Sequence record: PP496998.1
Reading direction: 5' to 3' (one strand)
From: Escherichia phage EC.W14-3
DNA length: 64,000 nt
A program made the translations under genes and the position numbers. Positions 21,638 through 30,570 of this stretch are shown here, piece by piece; position 1 is the stretch's first letter, and every line of letters starts with the position of its first letter. The notes beneath the pieces are model-generated. The model saw only the letters and a program-made list of their open reading frames with translations. It had not been told where the DNA came from and ran no database searches.

Positions 21638-22672
21638 TTATTGTATACTCCTGAATATCTTTCTAGCATCTAATATTGGAATACTTAACCCGAGGGCACC
21701 ACCCCCTCCTAAATCATATTGACTACTCCAAGAGTAAATCATCCTTCCGAAACCTGTACCGAAAGAAGAGCCATTCATCATGTGAGATCTTGTGTGTTGA
21801 AAATACCAACCACTAGCCTTGCCTCTTATTGCTCCTGCTCCGTAAGATAGTGGTATCATTGGATAGGCCAGAGATGTGTTACCGCCACTCATAGGCATAA
21901 ATCCCTCAACACTAAAAGGGGTTCTATATGTAGAAAATACACACTGAGACCCATTTGGAGAGAAGATATTTAAACCACCATTGTGGGTTGGTACTCCAGA
22001 ACCATCACAGAAGACGGCAATTCTAACACCACCAATGTATCCTGTTTGGTTTGTGTTACCATTATCATGAGACCTGTTCTGGTACACATAAACAACCCTA
22101 TTGGATGGATTGTATAGCAGCCCTGCTCCACCGTTACTCCAATTCGCGTAGACAGTTGCTCGGCTCATATCAAAACCACCAATATCTGGTATTTGAAGAG
22201 AACCATTTATGTCACCCTCCCAAGCCCAAATACATTGACCAACAACCCCAGAATCGGATATTGAGAAATAGTCAGCAGAGTTGGAGAATGTGATTCCATA
22301 ATTCCTGTTAGCTCTAGGCCATATTTGATACACATTAAAAGCCATATCAAATACCCAACCGTTTACATTATAGTCCATAGTAACTCTGAAGGTTGAGTTA
22401 TTAATAACAGATATATCCGTTATCCAATACACATCAGACGTTACGTTAGGAGGTATGTATCTCTCCCAAACAACAGACCCTGTTGGAACTACAACTATCT
22501 GACCACTACCATCCCAACCACTTATAGGCAAGTCACAGGTATTTCCACTAAAAGAGAAATTCCCACTGACTCTATTTCTGAGTTGAGGGAATGTGCTACC
22601 ACTATCGATGTAAATATCAGCAGGTGCCGCTGGACCCGGACCAACCGGGCGTGTCCATATTCCATATGCCAT
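21638..22672 (-). CDS. virion structural protein (putative)
   Basis: 344 aa; position only. Confidence 0.35.
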   Translation of the reverse strand: MAYGIWTRPVGPGPAAPADIYIDSGSTFPQLRNRVSGNFSFSGNTCDLPISGWDGSGQIVVVPTGSVVWERYIPPNVTSDVYWITDISVINNSTFRVTMDYNVNGWVFDMAFNVYQIWPRANRNYGITFSNSADYFSISDSGVVGQCIWAWEGDINGSLQIPDIGGFDMSRATVYANWSNGGAGLLYNPSNRVVYVYQNRSHDNGNTNQTGYIGGVRIAVFCDGSGVPTHNGGLNIFSPNGSQCVFSTYRTPFSVEGFMPMSGGNTSLAYPMIPLSYGAGAIRGKASGWYFQHTRSHMMNGSSFGTGFGRMIYSWSSQYDLGGGGALGLSIPILDARKIFRSIQ

Positions 22673-22673
22673 G

Positions 22674-23708
22674 TTACCAACTCCCTATTCTTATGCGAAG
22701 AGTTCCACTCCCATCATAAAAATCTATTCTATTACCATTCATCCACAACTGAGAACCACCTGTACCACCCATAACAAAATCACCACCAACAGTAAGTCTC
22801 CAGTTAGAACCCCACATAGAACCAGCAGTGATTTTATCCGCTGATAAGTTCTGAATCTGAGCATTGGAGATAGATACGTTATCAATCTGTGCCCATTGGA
22901 TCCTAGCGTTGGCAATCTGAGCAGTTGTGATGTTGACGTTCTTTATGTCAGCGAATTCCATCCTAGCTCGCCCACCCTCAAATACGAAGGGGGTATTCCC
23001 AGAGCTGCCATCACCAACAATAAATTTGTTAGCTGTTACTTGGAATTGACTGTTTGTTCCGTTGTTAGTTAACTTGACCCCAGCATATCTTCCGTTGACT
23101 GTAGAGTTAACACCCCACGTAGCTTCATACTCAGAGAGTTTCATATACTGAGAAAGGCTTCCGTTGATATTTTGCAGTTCTGTCTGAACAAGAGCAATCT
23201 CTTGACCTTGATCGTTAACAATACCTTCTACTGTCTGAATTTTAGTTGTGTTACCTTCGATGCTGGTCTTAAAACCAGATACAGTGCTTTCTAGCTTCAC
23301 AGGGGGTTGAACAGAATTATCCCAAATGTCCTCAGTGGACAGGTTCCCCATCTGGGTTTGGATATCTGCAATAGCTGTTTCTATCTCTGTAGTAATTCTA
23401 TTCTCAAGCTCATCAAATTGTAGATTCATTGCATTAAGAGCTTTAATACGAACATCAATCTCTTCGTGAATTTCATCTATAGCTTGGAACATTTGGTTAG
23501 TAGCTGTGCTAACTTTTTGTAATTCATCATACACGGCTACGTTATATGTTTCTGTGTCCTGTACATTATTGAGAAACCCAACGTTGTACGGGAGTGTGGT
23601 GTTGTTGCGACCAGTGTTCTTACGAAAACCACCTGCACCCATAAGTTCCTCCAAAACAATAAAAGGGGCACGAAGCCCCTTGTTGTTATCTCCGCCCGCC
23701 AACAGCAA
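22674..23708 (-). CDS. tail fibre-like structural protein
   Basis: coiled-coil segment then repeat-like NVSISNAQIQNLSADKI stretch. Confidence 0.4.
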   Translation of the reverse strand: MLLAGGDNNKGLRAPFIVLEELMGAGGFRKNTGRNNTTLPYNVGFLNNVQDTETYNVAVYDELQKVSTATNQMFQAIDEIHEEIDVRIKALNAMNLQFDELENRITTEIETAIADIQTQMGNLSTEDIWDNSVQPPVKLESTVSGFKTSIEGNTTKIQTVEGIVNDQGQEIALVQTELQNINGSLSQYMKLSEYEATWGVNSTVNGRYAGVKLTNNGTNSQFQVTANKFIVGDGSSGNTPFVFEGGRARMEFADIKNVNITTAQIANARIQWAQIDNVSISNAQIQNLSADKITAGSMWGSNWRLTVGGDFVMGGTGGSQLWMNGNRIDFYDGSGTLRIRIGSW

Positions 23709-26703
23709 ACTCTATCGTTAAACCATTGATAGCAGCATTACTATTAACATCATTATCTATAACATTATAGAAAAGGTATGGATGGTTCAGTCTCACCGAG
23801 ACATGCCTGTCAACACCGATCGTATATGTCTTAGATGTGTGTGGGTGTCCATATTCATTTGAGAATTGACTACCACCAGCTTCAAATATGTAAGTACCTG
23901 AACCAGTTGTCTGAGGTCGGAACCTGTTAATATGCTTCTGATTCCACTCATTCGTCACATTATCAAAATCTATACCAGTCCTCTCCAACCTCATTTCCAG
24001 AGGCTTCTCTATAACAACATCATTTAGCCTGTCATAGAAGTAATCAAGAGCACCTACATCCACTTGATAGAATCCCTTCAAGAATGAACCTACTATCGTA
24101 ACCCTCTGTCTAAAGTTTGTTGCATCCTTTCTCCAAACGAGTTCTTTAATAGATGGGTCATCCCAAGTGATTTCTTGGAAGTCAGACCAGATTGGACCTC
24201 TTTCTAAAACAGGAGGATCAACCAGACCAATACACTGAGCATATGGGATAGTACGGAATGACCAAGTATCAAACTCGTAGTTCCATACAGCAGCTTTAGT
24301 ACAAGCGAAGCTTTCTTTTGGCTCTCCCGGACCTACGTACAGAACCCAAACTTCTTTCTTATCCTGATGCAAATGCACTCGAGTTGCTAGAGGGTTAACC
24401 AGACATACCTCGTTAATCAGCATATTCTTAACACGGTTAGATGCAATTGACTTCTTAGTTGCACCGTTGTGTAAGATTACATCGTTCTGAGTAACTACGA
24501 AGTGACTACCTTCTACTTCAACCACACACTCAGGAGCAAGGATACCAGAGTCGTTAAAGAGCTTCTTGAACATTAGAGGTTGGTACGTGTTATTAGTCGG
24601 AGAACCAATATACGTTTCAAACTCTGTATAAACGAACAAGTAATCTTTAAGAGGTAGGATATCAATCAAGCTACCATTAGAATCTGCTAAGTCAATGTAA
24701 CCAGCATACCCATTCTCTAGAGCCTGAGTCTGCCCTACGATGTTAGAAGCTAAGTCCGAAGACACAACTCGATCATAGGCAAAGTCATCCCACAGTGTAG
24801 GAGCCTTGTTCTCATTGGCAAAGTTAGACCAACGAAGACGAAGCGGGTAGTTAGTGGTAACACCAGAAGCATTAGCCTCTCTCATATTCAGAGCAAAAAG
24901 ACGGTTGTTAAAAGATCTTACTCTCTCACATTTCCAGTTAAACTTCTTGACTGAAGGGTTTCCATCACTATCCACCACTGTTTGCTCACCCCACCCCGGA
25001 AGGTCTACAAAGTATTCTGATTCGAATTCTTTTACCTGAGGAGTTTCATAGTGAGTTGTAGCAACTGCACAGTTAGAGATAACAGCGTGATACCAAGGGT
25101 AGTCATCAAAAGCATCGTAATCCTTCTGAGTCATCTGACTGACAGTACATGTTACGTTAATCTCTCCTTTACGAAGAGCAACCAGTTTGATAGATTTACC
25201 AGTGACTGAAGTTGTAGAAACATAACCAGTTTTATCAACAGACCACTGATAAGAGTACTCACCTTCTGGAGAAGCTGTGGCTGTAATGACAACCTCTTCA
25301 CCAACATCAAGAGAAGCGCTGACAATATCTAAGGTTACAGATGACAAAGGGGTTGCCAGTAAAGAAGCTCTTGCAAAACCTTCAATGTCATTCACGTTAG
25401 AGTAGTCATAGAAGTTATTACCTTCGTACATCCCTGACGTATCAATACCGGATGTAGGCTCAGCAAAATAAACCGTCTCTTCACTTTCAGGAGGAGTTAC
25501 TACTTCTTCCTCTTGAGTTTCTACTGACTCTGACACAGGAGCAGCAAATGCCATAGAACTTGTTCTCATTGTTCTTCCAGCTAAATCTACACGTACAGTA
25601 CAGACAGCAACCCTGTTGCCTTCTTCAGTGGTAGCTGTAATCTCAGTAAAGCCAGCAAGTAAAGCGTTGATCGTCCCTTGTGTGCTAGTCCCTGATACTG
25701 TTGCAATATTTGGATTAGAAGAGGTCCAAGTAATATTTTGATTAGGGGCGTTAGCAGGAGAAAGGGTAGCAGTTAAGATATACTGAGAACCTCTACTCAC
25801 AATAACATCTGACTGGCTTAAAGAGATACTATCAATCTGAGGGATGGAAACAACCTCACAAGAAGCAGTCTTAGTTCCGTTATCAGCAGTGATTGTTACA
25901 TTACCTTCTCCATTCGCTGTAATGACAGCAGTTAAAGAATTGGCGTTAGGGGTTACGGATACAATAGAAGCGTTATTGCTGGACCAAGTTACAGGAGTCT
26001 TGCCAGTAACAGCCGTGAGAGTAGTAGTCCCTCCTTTACGAATTGTAACAGTGTCTTGACTCAAGAAGATGCCTGAATCACCGTCGATGATATTAACAGC
26101 AATCTGAGCCACTACGGATTCGTTGGCAGTAGAGATAGTTACTACAAGATTACCTTCTTTCTCAAAAGATGTTAGAGTAGCAAGTTTAGAGTCACTAGGG
26201 TCTACCGTAATACTTCCATAGGATGAGTTACTAACCTCCCAAATAAGATCAGTATTGTTAGCATCAGCAGGGAGAAGAGAAACCTCTAGATTCTTGGTCT
26301 GATTGAAGTTCATTGAGATAGTTGATTCTTTAGGAACGATCTGAGAAACAACTGGATAAATCTTAATTGAGGCAGAAGCCTTCTTAGTGACTGTAGCAAC
26401 CTTACGGCTAATATCAGTCAAGCTTTCATCTGTCAGTTTATATAACTTCTTATCCGTACCTACAACAAGAAAGCTATTACCTGCGCTATAATAATCGAAA
26501 GGCATAGAAACGAAAGACAGAGGGGTTAAATCCTTATCTTCATCTACATAAGAAAGAGGGGCATTGCCCCCCGTCTTAAATACTCTCTGCTCAACAAATC
26601 GAGCATTTATAGCATTAGTGAAAGCATTAGGAGCTAAGTCTGTCGGAGCCTGATCAGCGATAATGCCTACAGCACCTAGTGACTTTATTGGATACAGCGC
26701 CAT
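23686..26703 (-). CDS. large tail/baseplate protein with bacterial Ig-like (Big_2-type) repeats
   Basis: several about 80-aa repeats of the form ...ITATTEEGNRVAVCTV... / ...TITADNGTKTASCEV... Confidence 0.5.
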   Translation of the reverse strand: MALYPIKSLGAVGIIADQAPTDLAPNAFTNAINARFVEQRVFKTGGNAPLSYVDEDKDLTPLSFVSMPFDYYSAGNSFLVVGTDKKLYKLTDESLTDISRKVATVTKKASASIKIYPVVSQIVPKESTISMNFNQTKNLEVSLLPADANNTDLIWEVSNSSYGSITVDPSDSKLATLTSFEKEGNLVVTISTANESVVAQIAVNIIDGDSGIFLSQDTVTIRKGGTTTLTAVTGKTPVTWSSNNASIVSVTPNANSLTAVITANGEGNVTITADNGTKTASCEVVSIPQIDSISLSQSDVIVSRGSQYILTATLSPANAPNQNITWTSSNPNIATVSGTSTQGTINALLAGFTEITATTEEGNRVAVCTVRVDLAGRTMRTSSMAFAAPVSESVETQEEEVVTPPESEETVYFAEPTSGIDTSGMYEGNNFYDYSNVNDIEGFARASLLATPLSSVTLDIVSASLDVGEEVVITATASPEGEYSYQWSVDKTGYVSTTSVTGKSIKLVALRKGEINVTCTVSQMTQKDYDAFDDYPWYHAVISNCAVATTHYETPQVKEFESEYFVDLPGWGEQTVVDSDGNPSVKKFNWKCERVRSFNNRLFALNMREANASGVTTNYPLRLRWSNFANENKAPTLWDDFAYDRVVSSDLASNIVGQTQALENGYAGYIDLADSNGSLIDILPLKDYLFVYTEFETYIGSPTNNTYQPLMFKKLFNDSGILAPECVVEVEGSHFVVTQNDVILHNGATKKSIASNRVKNMLINEVCLVNPLATRVHLHQDKKEVWVLYVGPGEPKESFACTKAAVWNYEFDTWSFRTIPYAQCIGLVDPPVLERGPIWSDFQEITWDDPSIKELVWRKDATNFRQRVTIVGSFLKGFYQVDVGALDYFYDRLNDVVIEKPLEMRLERTGIDFDNVTNEWNQKHINRFRPQTTGSGTYIFEAGGSQFSNEYGHPHTSKTYTIGVDRHVSVRLNHPYLFYNVIDNDVNSNAAINGLTIEFAVGGRR

Positions 26704-26712
26704 AATTCCTCC

Positions 26713-27516
26713 TTAGCTAATACGTCTCCAAATGTGAGCTGCTCTGAATGGTGGCAAAGTGTTAATAGGTTGACGAGAGATATCATCACGACCAAGACTT
26801 ACACTACCAGAGATTGTATGAGTGTGAGTATCATTATCAGTTCTCTGACTGTATCCACCACCCGGACTATACCAGTTTGGCGAGCTGTTATGACCACTAG
26901 CATCTCCACGACCAAATACCATGTTGTGACTGTGAGTATTACTGGATAGAGAGAAGCTGGAGCCATTAACTGTCATCAAAGGTACGTTCTCAGTTCGAAT
27001 AGTATTGAAGACACGACCACCAGTACCACCTGCTTGGAACTCAACTCTCTGAGCATTAGGGACAGAACCATCAGGGTTTACTACACCAGTACCCATGATA
27101 ACACCAGTCACTTTAGCCCAAGAGCCAAACCCTAAGGAGATGGAATCACCGGGGTTAATATCTTCTTCAGTGATGTAGTAAGAACCAATTCGATAGAGCT
27201 TATTCTCCATCCAGTTCTTCATGAACGCTTCCATCTGGCCTTTAGTAACAACATCCTTGTCACCAGTTCCCGGAGTAACGTTCTTGATCATAAGACCACC
27301 AACATCCATTGAATCACCAGTAAACTTGAGCTTCTCTGACATAATCTTAAAGGTGTCAGAATCTATATCAACTGGTTCTGTAACATTGGGGAATGTGTTC
27401 TGTAACGTTTGTTTAATGAGGCGGATTTGAGCCGCCCCTTCGTAGATGTAATCCCTGTCTCTAGGATAGAGCGGGTTTAAGTCGGTAATAACTACCGCAT
27501 TAGTTTCGATAGCCAA
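26713..27516 (-). CDS. tail-associated structural protein (putative)
   Basis: 267 aa, Gly/Ser-rich; position between the Ig-repeat protein and lysozyme. Confidence 0.35.
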   Translation of the reverse strand: MAIETNAVVITDLNPLYPRDRDYIYEGAAQIRLIKQTLQNTFPNVTEPVDIDSDTFKIMSEKLKFTGDSMDVGGLMIKNVTPGTGDKDVVTKGQMEAFMKNWMENKLYRIGSYYITEEDINPGDSISLGFGSWAKVTGVIMGTGVVNPDGSVPNAQRVEFQAGGTGGRVFNTIRTENVPLMTVNGSSFSLSSNTHSHNMVFGRGDASGHNSSPNWYSPGGGYSQRTDNDTHTHTISGSVSLGRDDISRQPINTLPPFRAAHIWRRIS

Positions 27517-27528
27517 AAGGCACCTCCA

Positions 27529-28020
27529 TTAATATTTACCTTCGGTGTAAAGATTAGCTTCTGCAACTCTTCTATTATGAAGACCCTGACTTCTCTGCTT
27601 CTCTCCCTTGACCGTTATTTTATCCCAACGAAGAAATTCGGAATAAACATCCCCCTTAACATCTCCATTGATTACCTTCCTTAACTTAGATGTGCTCAAA
27701 GCCCCACTGCCAACATTGAAGTTGAAAGAAGTGAGTGCATCAAACTCATGAACTAGTAAAGGAACCTTTATGTTCTTCTGAGTAGCACGAACAGAGTCTT
27801 GTGTGTCTCTATCTAGCAGAGCTAGACAATCCTCTATAGAATACGTTAATCCTTGTCTAACCGGATAACCATTCATATCGCGCGTAGCCCCTACACATAT
27901 AGTCCAGATACCTGCGGAATCTTTATAAGCCTTGGTTCTCATACCCTCATGCTTCATGATGAATTCCATTCCAGCTGGGCTTAAGTTTAATTGTACAGGT
28001 GGCAATGCGGCGTTATCCAT
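27529..28020 (-). CDS. lysozyme, glycoside hydrolase family 24 (T4/lambda-R-like)
   Basis: KHEGMRTKAYKDSAGIWTICVGAT catalytic region; no signal or SAR sequence. Confidence 0.75.
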   Translation of the reverse strand: MDNAALPPVQLNLSPAGMEFIMKHEGMRTKAYKDSAGIWTICVGATRDMNGYPVRQGLTYSIEDCLALLDRDTQDSVRATQKNIKVPLLVHEFDALTSFNFNVGSGALSTSKLRKVINGDVKGDVYSEFLRWDKITVKGEKQRSQGLHNRRVAEANLYTEGKY

Positions 28021-28049
28021 TTCTAACCTCCTTTTGTAGTCCCTTTAAA

Positions 28050-28268
28050 TTAAGGTAGTATCTTTCTCAGAGCGTTAGATTCAGCATCAGGGCAAATAAC
28101 AACTAAGTTATTTTGAATTGTTCTCTGCTTGCATTGAGAGCTAAGCTTCTCTACTGGAGCAGGGACAGTTACTAATGGATGAACTGCGCCTACAGGAACT
28201 GCGGTGGATACCACAACACCTGCGCCTAAACATATTAAACCATATGCAGCTTGTTTCATCATTTTCAT
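28050..28268 (-). CDS. small membrane or secreted protein upstream of lysozyme (holin candidate, weak)
   Basis: single N-terminal hydrophobic segment AAYGLICLGAGVVVSTAVPVGAV. Confidence 0.3.
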   Translation of the reverse strand: MKMMKQAAYGLICLGAGVVVSTAVPVGAVHPLVTVPAPVEKLSSQCKQRTIQNNLVVICPDAESNALRKILP

Positions 28269-28361
28269 TTGAGTGTCTCCTATATATTAACCTCTTGGGA
28301 TATAGTAGTTTCATTACTTATTCACCAGTTTTACTCCTAAAAGCCCCCGAAGGGGCTTATC

Positions 28362-30530
28362 TCACTTCTCTGCTAACTTCGCTTCTAGAACTTCAATACG
28401 CTTCAGCAGATCTTGAACAACCTGCATGGTATCTAAAAGCATTGGAGTTGCATCCAACTCTTTCTGTTCCTGCTCTACCCCATCGTTGTCATGGAATTTA
28501 CGAGTTTTAACATAAAGAGGTTCAACTTTCTCTGCCTGCTGTGCAATGATACCACGACGAGTTCTTCCTTGATTATCATTGTTGTACACAAACGATTTGA
28601 AATCCAAACCTTTTATCGCACGAATTGCTTCATCAGGAGAGATATCTTGGATGTTATGTTTCAACTTTTCATCAGATACAGGATTCATAGCAAGAGTATA
28701 AGTTCCGGTTGAACTTGGCTGCCAAGTGTAGTAGTAAATCTCGTTCCTGTTTGGTCGGAGAGTTAAACGACAACCATATTTGTTGTCTTCATCTCCCGAA
28801 ACATGCCAACAGGAATCAGCAAAAGATCCAGCATCATTGTGAATCATCCCTACATGGGTAGTAGTTTTGTATCCACCTTGGGATGCTTGGGAAGCACTCA
28901 GTATAGAGTTAAAAGAGTAGTTAGCACCAACCCCTTGGTTGTCTATAGAAAACGTCCCTCTGCGACTTCCTGTTTCACTCCAAGACATCAATGTTCTAGA
29001 CCGAGCAACATATCTATCAGAGTTCAGGGTTCCAGAATCGTCAAAAGCTAATTGCTTGGTAACTCCTTTGGTTTTATTATAAACATTGATAATCCCATAA
29101 TAAGCTCCGTCGATATAAGCATCAGTTTGGAGCGTAGTAGAGGCTTCTACTTCTGAACCTATTTTATATTCAGAAACAACTGAACCGCTAGTTACCCTAG
29201 TTCCACCAGCAGGACGGTTTGCATCACTGTTAATAACTGACCAAGAGGTGTTAGCAGCAGTAAAACCTCCATGAGCACGAATAGTCCAAACACCTACAAA
29301 GTTACGGGTCAGAATCTCCTCAGTGGAGCGACCATAAATAGGACTGGAACGCGATGCGTCAAAGTTTGTGGATATGTATTTACCTCCAGCCCCCACTGGA
29401 GCCACATCGTCTGTAGAGGTGATTGATTGAATTGCCCCGTTAGTCGCCACCTGCCCCGGAGCGGAGGCTAGTGTTACCATTGTGTGAGGGGACGCATATG
29501 TGATATTCGGTGCAGCAGAATCAAACACTTGGCCATTTGCAGCAGAATTACCACCATCACCACGGCCATATAAAGCTCTCAGTGACCCCTCTTGGATACC
29601 ATTTCGGTCAGGAACACGGAAAGTTGTTGTACCATTTCCGGTAGAATACCTACCCCTCTGATAGATATTAGACAACCAAAGAGAGTCTTCAATTGGGGAT
29701 AGCAGTTGTGCATAAGCCCATAAATCTGGGTAGTCAGCACGATTCAAAAGCTGCCCATCCGACACAACCTCAAAAGCTGGGATGAAAGCTCGACTGTCAC
29801 GTAAATGGAAATCACCAATACCAAAGTTAGAGATACCGCTCATCGTAGGACCACCAGAGCCACCACCACTGTTTCGAAGCTGTCTCAAAGTAACCGCATC
29901 ATAATCACCAACTGCATCAGGGACAGTTACTGGTTGAGTGAAAGTAACTTTCTGTGTGAGCTGTTTGATATCAGAGTTAATCCCTGTACGAGTAACACCT
30001 ACCGTACGACCTTTAGAGTCTTTAACATAAGAACCAATTGCAGCAAAAGGCAAATCCTCAATCTCAGGACGGTAACGTTTAGAATAAACTGGATACTTAG
30101 TTTCTACCCCAGAGTCATTCTGGTCAACAACCTGAAGACGACCAGCAGAATGAATCTCTACACCTTGAACTGAAGAGGCATAACTACCAATCTTGATTGA
30201 GTTATCAGTAGTAACTTTCATCATATCAACTGATTCTACACCATTAGCTCCAGTAGAACGGAATGGGGTATCATTAACAACCCAAGGGTCTTCTCGGAAC
30301 AGCGCACCAGACATAATAGGTTGAATCGAATCCAGCACAAAATCTTTAGATGCACCCTCTGTTTTAGTTTGATAGGTAGCAGCTGCGTCGGTTTTCTGTA
30401 AATATTTTCCGGTGAGGTTAATAGCTCCAGTCTGTCCATCTACAGTAGAAACCCCAACAACAGCCGCGTCTCTGGTTACAACCACATGAGGCATCATTAT
30501 ACCAGATTTGGGCATTAATTCTCTAGACAT
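28362..30530 (-). CDS. tail fibre/spike with tail-collar-like domain and C-terminal intramolecular chaperone (S74-like) domain
   Basis: YPDLWAYAQLL...TTFRVPDRNG collar-like motif; C-terminus ...GLDFKSFVYNN...LEAKLAEK typical of self-cleaving chaperone domains. Confidence 0.55.
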   Translation of the reverse strand: MSRELMPKSGIMMPHVVVTRDAAVVGVSTVDGQTGAINLTGKYLQKTDAAATYQTKTEGASKDFVLDSIQPIMSGALFREDPWVVNDTPFRSTGANGVESVDMMKVTTDNSIKIGSYASSVQGVEIHSAGRLQVVDQNDSGVETKYPVYSKRYRPEIEDLPFAAIGSYVKDSKGRTVGVTRTGINSDIKQLTQKVTFTQPVTVPDAVGDYDAVTLRQLRNSGGGSGGPTMSGISNFGIGDFHLRDSRAFIPAFEVVSDGQLLNRADYPDLWAYAQLLSPIEDSLWLSNIYQRGRYSTGNGTTTFRVPDRNGIQEGSLRALYGRGDGGNSAANGQVFDSAAPNITYASPHTMVTLASAPGQVATNGAIQSITSTDDVAPVGAGGKYISTNFDASRSSPIYGRSTEEILTRNFVGVWTIRAHGGFTAANTSWSVINSDANRPAGGTRVTSGSVVSEYKIGSEVEASTTLQTDAYIDGAYYGIINVYNKTKGVTKQLAFDDSGTLNSDRYVARSRTLMSWSETGSRRGTFSIDNQGVGANYSFNSILSASQASQGGYKTTTHVGMIHNDAGSFADSCWHVSGDEDNKYGCRLTLRPNRNEIYYYTWQPSSTGTYTLAMNPVSDEKLKHNIQDISPDEAIRAIKGLDFKSFVYNNDNQGRTRRGIIAQQAEKVEPLYVKTRKFHDNDGVEQEQKELDATPMLLDTMQVVQDLLKRIEVLEAKLAEK

Positions 30531-30570
30531 TTAAATCTCCTTAAAGCCCCCCGAAGGGAGCATTGTTAAA

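Noticed and set aside
28050-28268. Calling this small protein an Rz1-type o-spanin or a definite holin
   Set aside because: The Cys is not in a canonical lipobox, there is only one hydrophobic segment, and an overlapping Rz/Rz1 pair exists elsewhere; kept as a low-confidence membrane protein
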